Positions 59,967-62,830 of a stretch of 62,830 nucleotides of DNA are shown here, piece after piece. Origin of the DNA: Nemertoderma westbladi (lineage: Eukaryota; Animalia; Xenacoelomorpha). Under the pieces are notes generated by a model. It saw only the letters and a program-made list of their open reading frames with translations, was not told the DNA's origin and ran no database searches. The translations under genes and the position numbers were made by a program. The stretch spans positions 1 to 62,830 of the forward strand of contig JAUCBJ010006987.1 of NCBI GenBank assembly GCA_032718475.1, given 5' to 3'. How positions within the stretch are numbered: position 1 is the first letter of the stretch; each line of letters opens with the position of its first letter.

Positions 59967-61726
59967 ATGTTACAAATACAAACTGTTACTGCAATGTTAC
60001 AAACTGTTACTGCAATGTTACAAACTGTTACTGCAATGTTACAAACTGTTACTGCAATGTTACAAACTGTTACTGAAATGTTACAAACTGTTACTGAAAT
60101 GTTACAAAGTGTTACTGCAATGTTACAAACTGTTACTGCAATGTTACAAACTGTTACTGAAATGTTACAAAGTGTTACTGCAATGTTACAAACTGTTACT
60201 GCAATGTTACCAACTGTTACTGCAATGTTACAAATTGTTACTGAAATGTTACAAACTGTTACTGCAATGTTACAAACTGTTACTGCAATGTTACAAACTG
60301 TTACTGCAATGTTACAAACTGTTACTGCAATGTTACAAACTGTTACTGCAATGTTACAAACTGTTACTGCAATGTTACAAACTGTTACTGCAATGTTACA
60401 AACTGTTACTGCAATGTTACAAACTGTTACTGCAATGTTACAAACTGTTACTGCAATGTTACAAACTGTTACTGCAATGTTACAAACTGTTACTGCAATG
60501 TTACAAACTGTTACTGCAATGTTACAAACTGTTACTGCAATGTTACAAACTGTTACTGCAATGTTACAAACTGTTACTGCAATGTTACAAACTGTTACTG
60601 CAATGTTACAAACTGTTACTGCAATGTTACAAACTGTTACTGCAATGTTACAAACTGTTACTGCAATGTTACAAACTGTTACTGCAATGTTACAAACTGT
60701 TACTGCAATGTTACAAACTGTTACTGCAATGTTACAAACTGTTACTGAAATGTTACAAACTGTTACTGCAATGTTACAAACTGTTACTGCAATGTTACAA
60801 ACTGTTACTGAAATGTTACAAAGTGTTACTGCAATGTTACAAACTGTTACTGAAATGTTACAAACTGTTACTGAAATGTTACAAACTGTTACTGAAATGT
60901 TACAAACTGTTACTGAAATGTTACAAACTGTTACTGAAATGTTACAAAGTGTTACTGCAATGTTACAAACTGTTACTGAAATGTTACAAACTGTTACTGA
61001 AATGTTACAAACTGTTACTGAAATGTTACAAACTGTTACTGAAATGTTACAAACTGTTACTGAAATGTTACAAACTGTTACTGAAATGTTACAAACTGTT
61101 ACTGAAATGTTACAAAGTGTTACTGCAATGTTACAAACTGTTGCTGCAATGTTACAAAGTGTTACTGCAATGTTACAAACTGTTACTGAAATGTTACAAA
61201 CTGTTACTGAAATGTTACAAACTGTTACTGCAATGTTACAAACTGTTACTGAAATGTTACAAACTGTTACTGAAATGTTACAAACTGTTACTGAAATGTT
61301 ACAAACTGTTACTGAAATGTTACAAACTGTTACTGAAATGTTACAAACTGTTACTGAAATGTTACAAACTGTTACTGAAATGTTACAAAGTGTTACTGCA
61401 ATGTTACAAACTGTTACTGCAATGTTACAAACTGTTACTGAAATGTTACAAACTGTTACTGAAATGTTACAAAGTGTTACTGCAATGTTACAAACTGTTA
61501 CTGAAATGTTACAAAGTGTTACTGCAATGTTACAAACTGTTGCTGCAATGTTACAAAGTGTTACTGCAATGTTACAAACTGTTACTGAAATGTTACAAAC
61601 TGTTACTGCAATGTTACAAACTGTTACTGCAATGTTACAAACTGTTACTGAAATGTTACAAACTGTTACTGCAATGTTACAAACTGTTACTGCAATGTTA
61701 CAAACTGTTACTGAAATGTTACAACT
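59967..61726. repeat. Minisatellite, 21-bp unit ATGTTACAAACTGTTACTG(C/A)A (~84 copies)
   Basis: Directly visible tandem array. Confidence 0.97.
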
Positions 61727-62830
61727 AATTAATAAGCAGAAATAAATAAATTACTGAATCAAATACGGAATGCATCACCAAAATAAGAATACGTGGGGCG
61801 ATTATCACCAAGTTTACTATAATGGTAATAAGTTTGAATCAGTTTCGCTAATAATTATTATGTTTAGGTTATAAATTAAGGAAAAGAGCAGGTTACAGTA
61901 ACTCAACAAAGTATGAAAAGATACTACATCATATTTATTTAATTCCTAATTTTGGTGATGAATTCATTATTTTTGTTGCCGGTTATTTATTGTTCTTAGT
62001 AACAAAAAAATTATATTTTGGGTTATACATTTGGTATCAAAATAATTAATTTGGTTATATTTTAGGTATGTAACGATAAAATATGCCCCATTGACCCTCT
62101 TGTTGTGTGTTCAATGTTGTTTTACTAATTACTTATTATACCAAACGAGTTTAGTTTACTGCCGACCATCGCAGTAGGCCTATATGCTATTATAATTTCA
62201 AACTTTCAGTCTATTTTACTTTAAACTATTTGAAAGTAATTATTTTATATTTGTGAATAAATTGCACGATAATTTTTGTGCAGCGCAACTCCCAAATAAT
62301 AAGTCCGTAATTCCCTACACAGTTACTAATAATGCACTCACTCACTCACAGACACATTCATCGATGCATGTAAACCCACCGATATAATAATTCAGTGTAT
62401 TTACTGGTTACGCCGAACTGTTTTTTGATGCACGTCACGTCATTATAATGTAACTGTTTAATGCAAATCTCACGGAGTTATGGAATGAAACTGATTTGAA
62501 TTATAAAATCTTGCCAACCGTTTTCATTACTACTTAATTTTATTTATGGGTGTAGACATTCAATCCTACCAATCTCGCTAATAATATATCGTTGGGTATT
62601 TATTAGCTCAAATTAGTTTCTAATTGTTATGTGCGTGTATGGTTGCGTGGTTACGGTATGCTACAAGTTGCTGTGGAAACAGCGTGCTGCACATGGAGTG
62701 TAACATATAGTATTATTTAATTTAATTAAATATAAATAATTCGATAGCTCACTAGGTGGCTCGCCCCACATTTATAACATAACACGTTTAGTTTAAAATT
62801 TTATATAATTGAACTGGAGACAGACGGGGG

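Noticed and set aside
59967-61745. 592-aa (MLQTVTA)n and 539-aa (LLQCYKL)n ORFs
   Set aside because: These are an automatic result of a stop-free 21-bp satellite. There is no unique domain, and the array appears to sit in repeat-derived flanks.

Overview
Eukaryotic (metazoan, probably bilaterian invertebrate) genomic DNA with an AT-rich background, many transposons and several satellites. There are four conserved host genes: KLHL12 (+, two exons), COPS8 (-), KPTN/kaptin (-) and AP3D1 (+). Their CDSs are almost intron-free, with one intron across the four. Two cargo-carrying mobile elements stand out. (1) A 7.3-kb TIR DNA transposon (44493-51774; TAC...GTA ends, minisatellite-containing TIRs) carries an IS3/IS3EU-type DDE integrase and, facing it, a HECT E3 ubiquitin ligase gene. 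It lies between head-to-head KPTN and AP3D1. (2) A CRE-type non-LTR retrotransposon (35390-39952) has RT and RLE domains preceded by a Ulp1/SENP-like cysteine protease, a Pro-rich repeat and a PHD finger. Both elements are frameshifted in this copy. Also present: two decayed RTE-type LINEs; a nested set of non-autonomous DNA transposons with recognisable TSDs (1998-8030); a Helentron/HINE-like element with a 146-bp array carrying CTCF-like motifs and a tRNA-like insert; foldback elements; 20/24-, 25-, 68- and 21-bp tandem arrays; frequent poly-G/C tracts; and clustered TAGGCCTA palindromes near gene starts. All family assignments come from motif recognition by eye, not from database searches.
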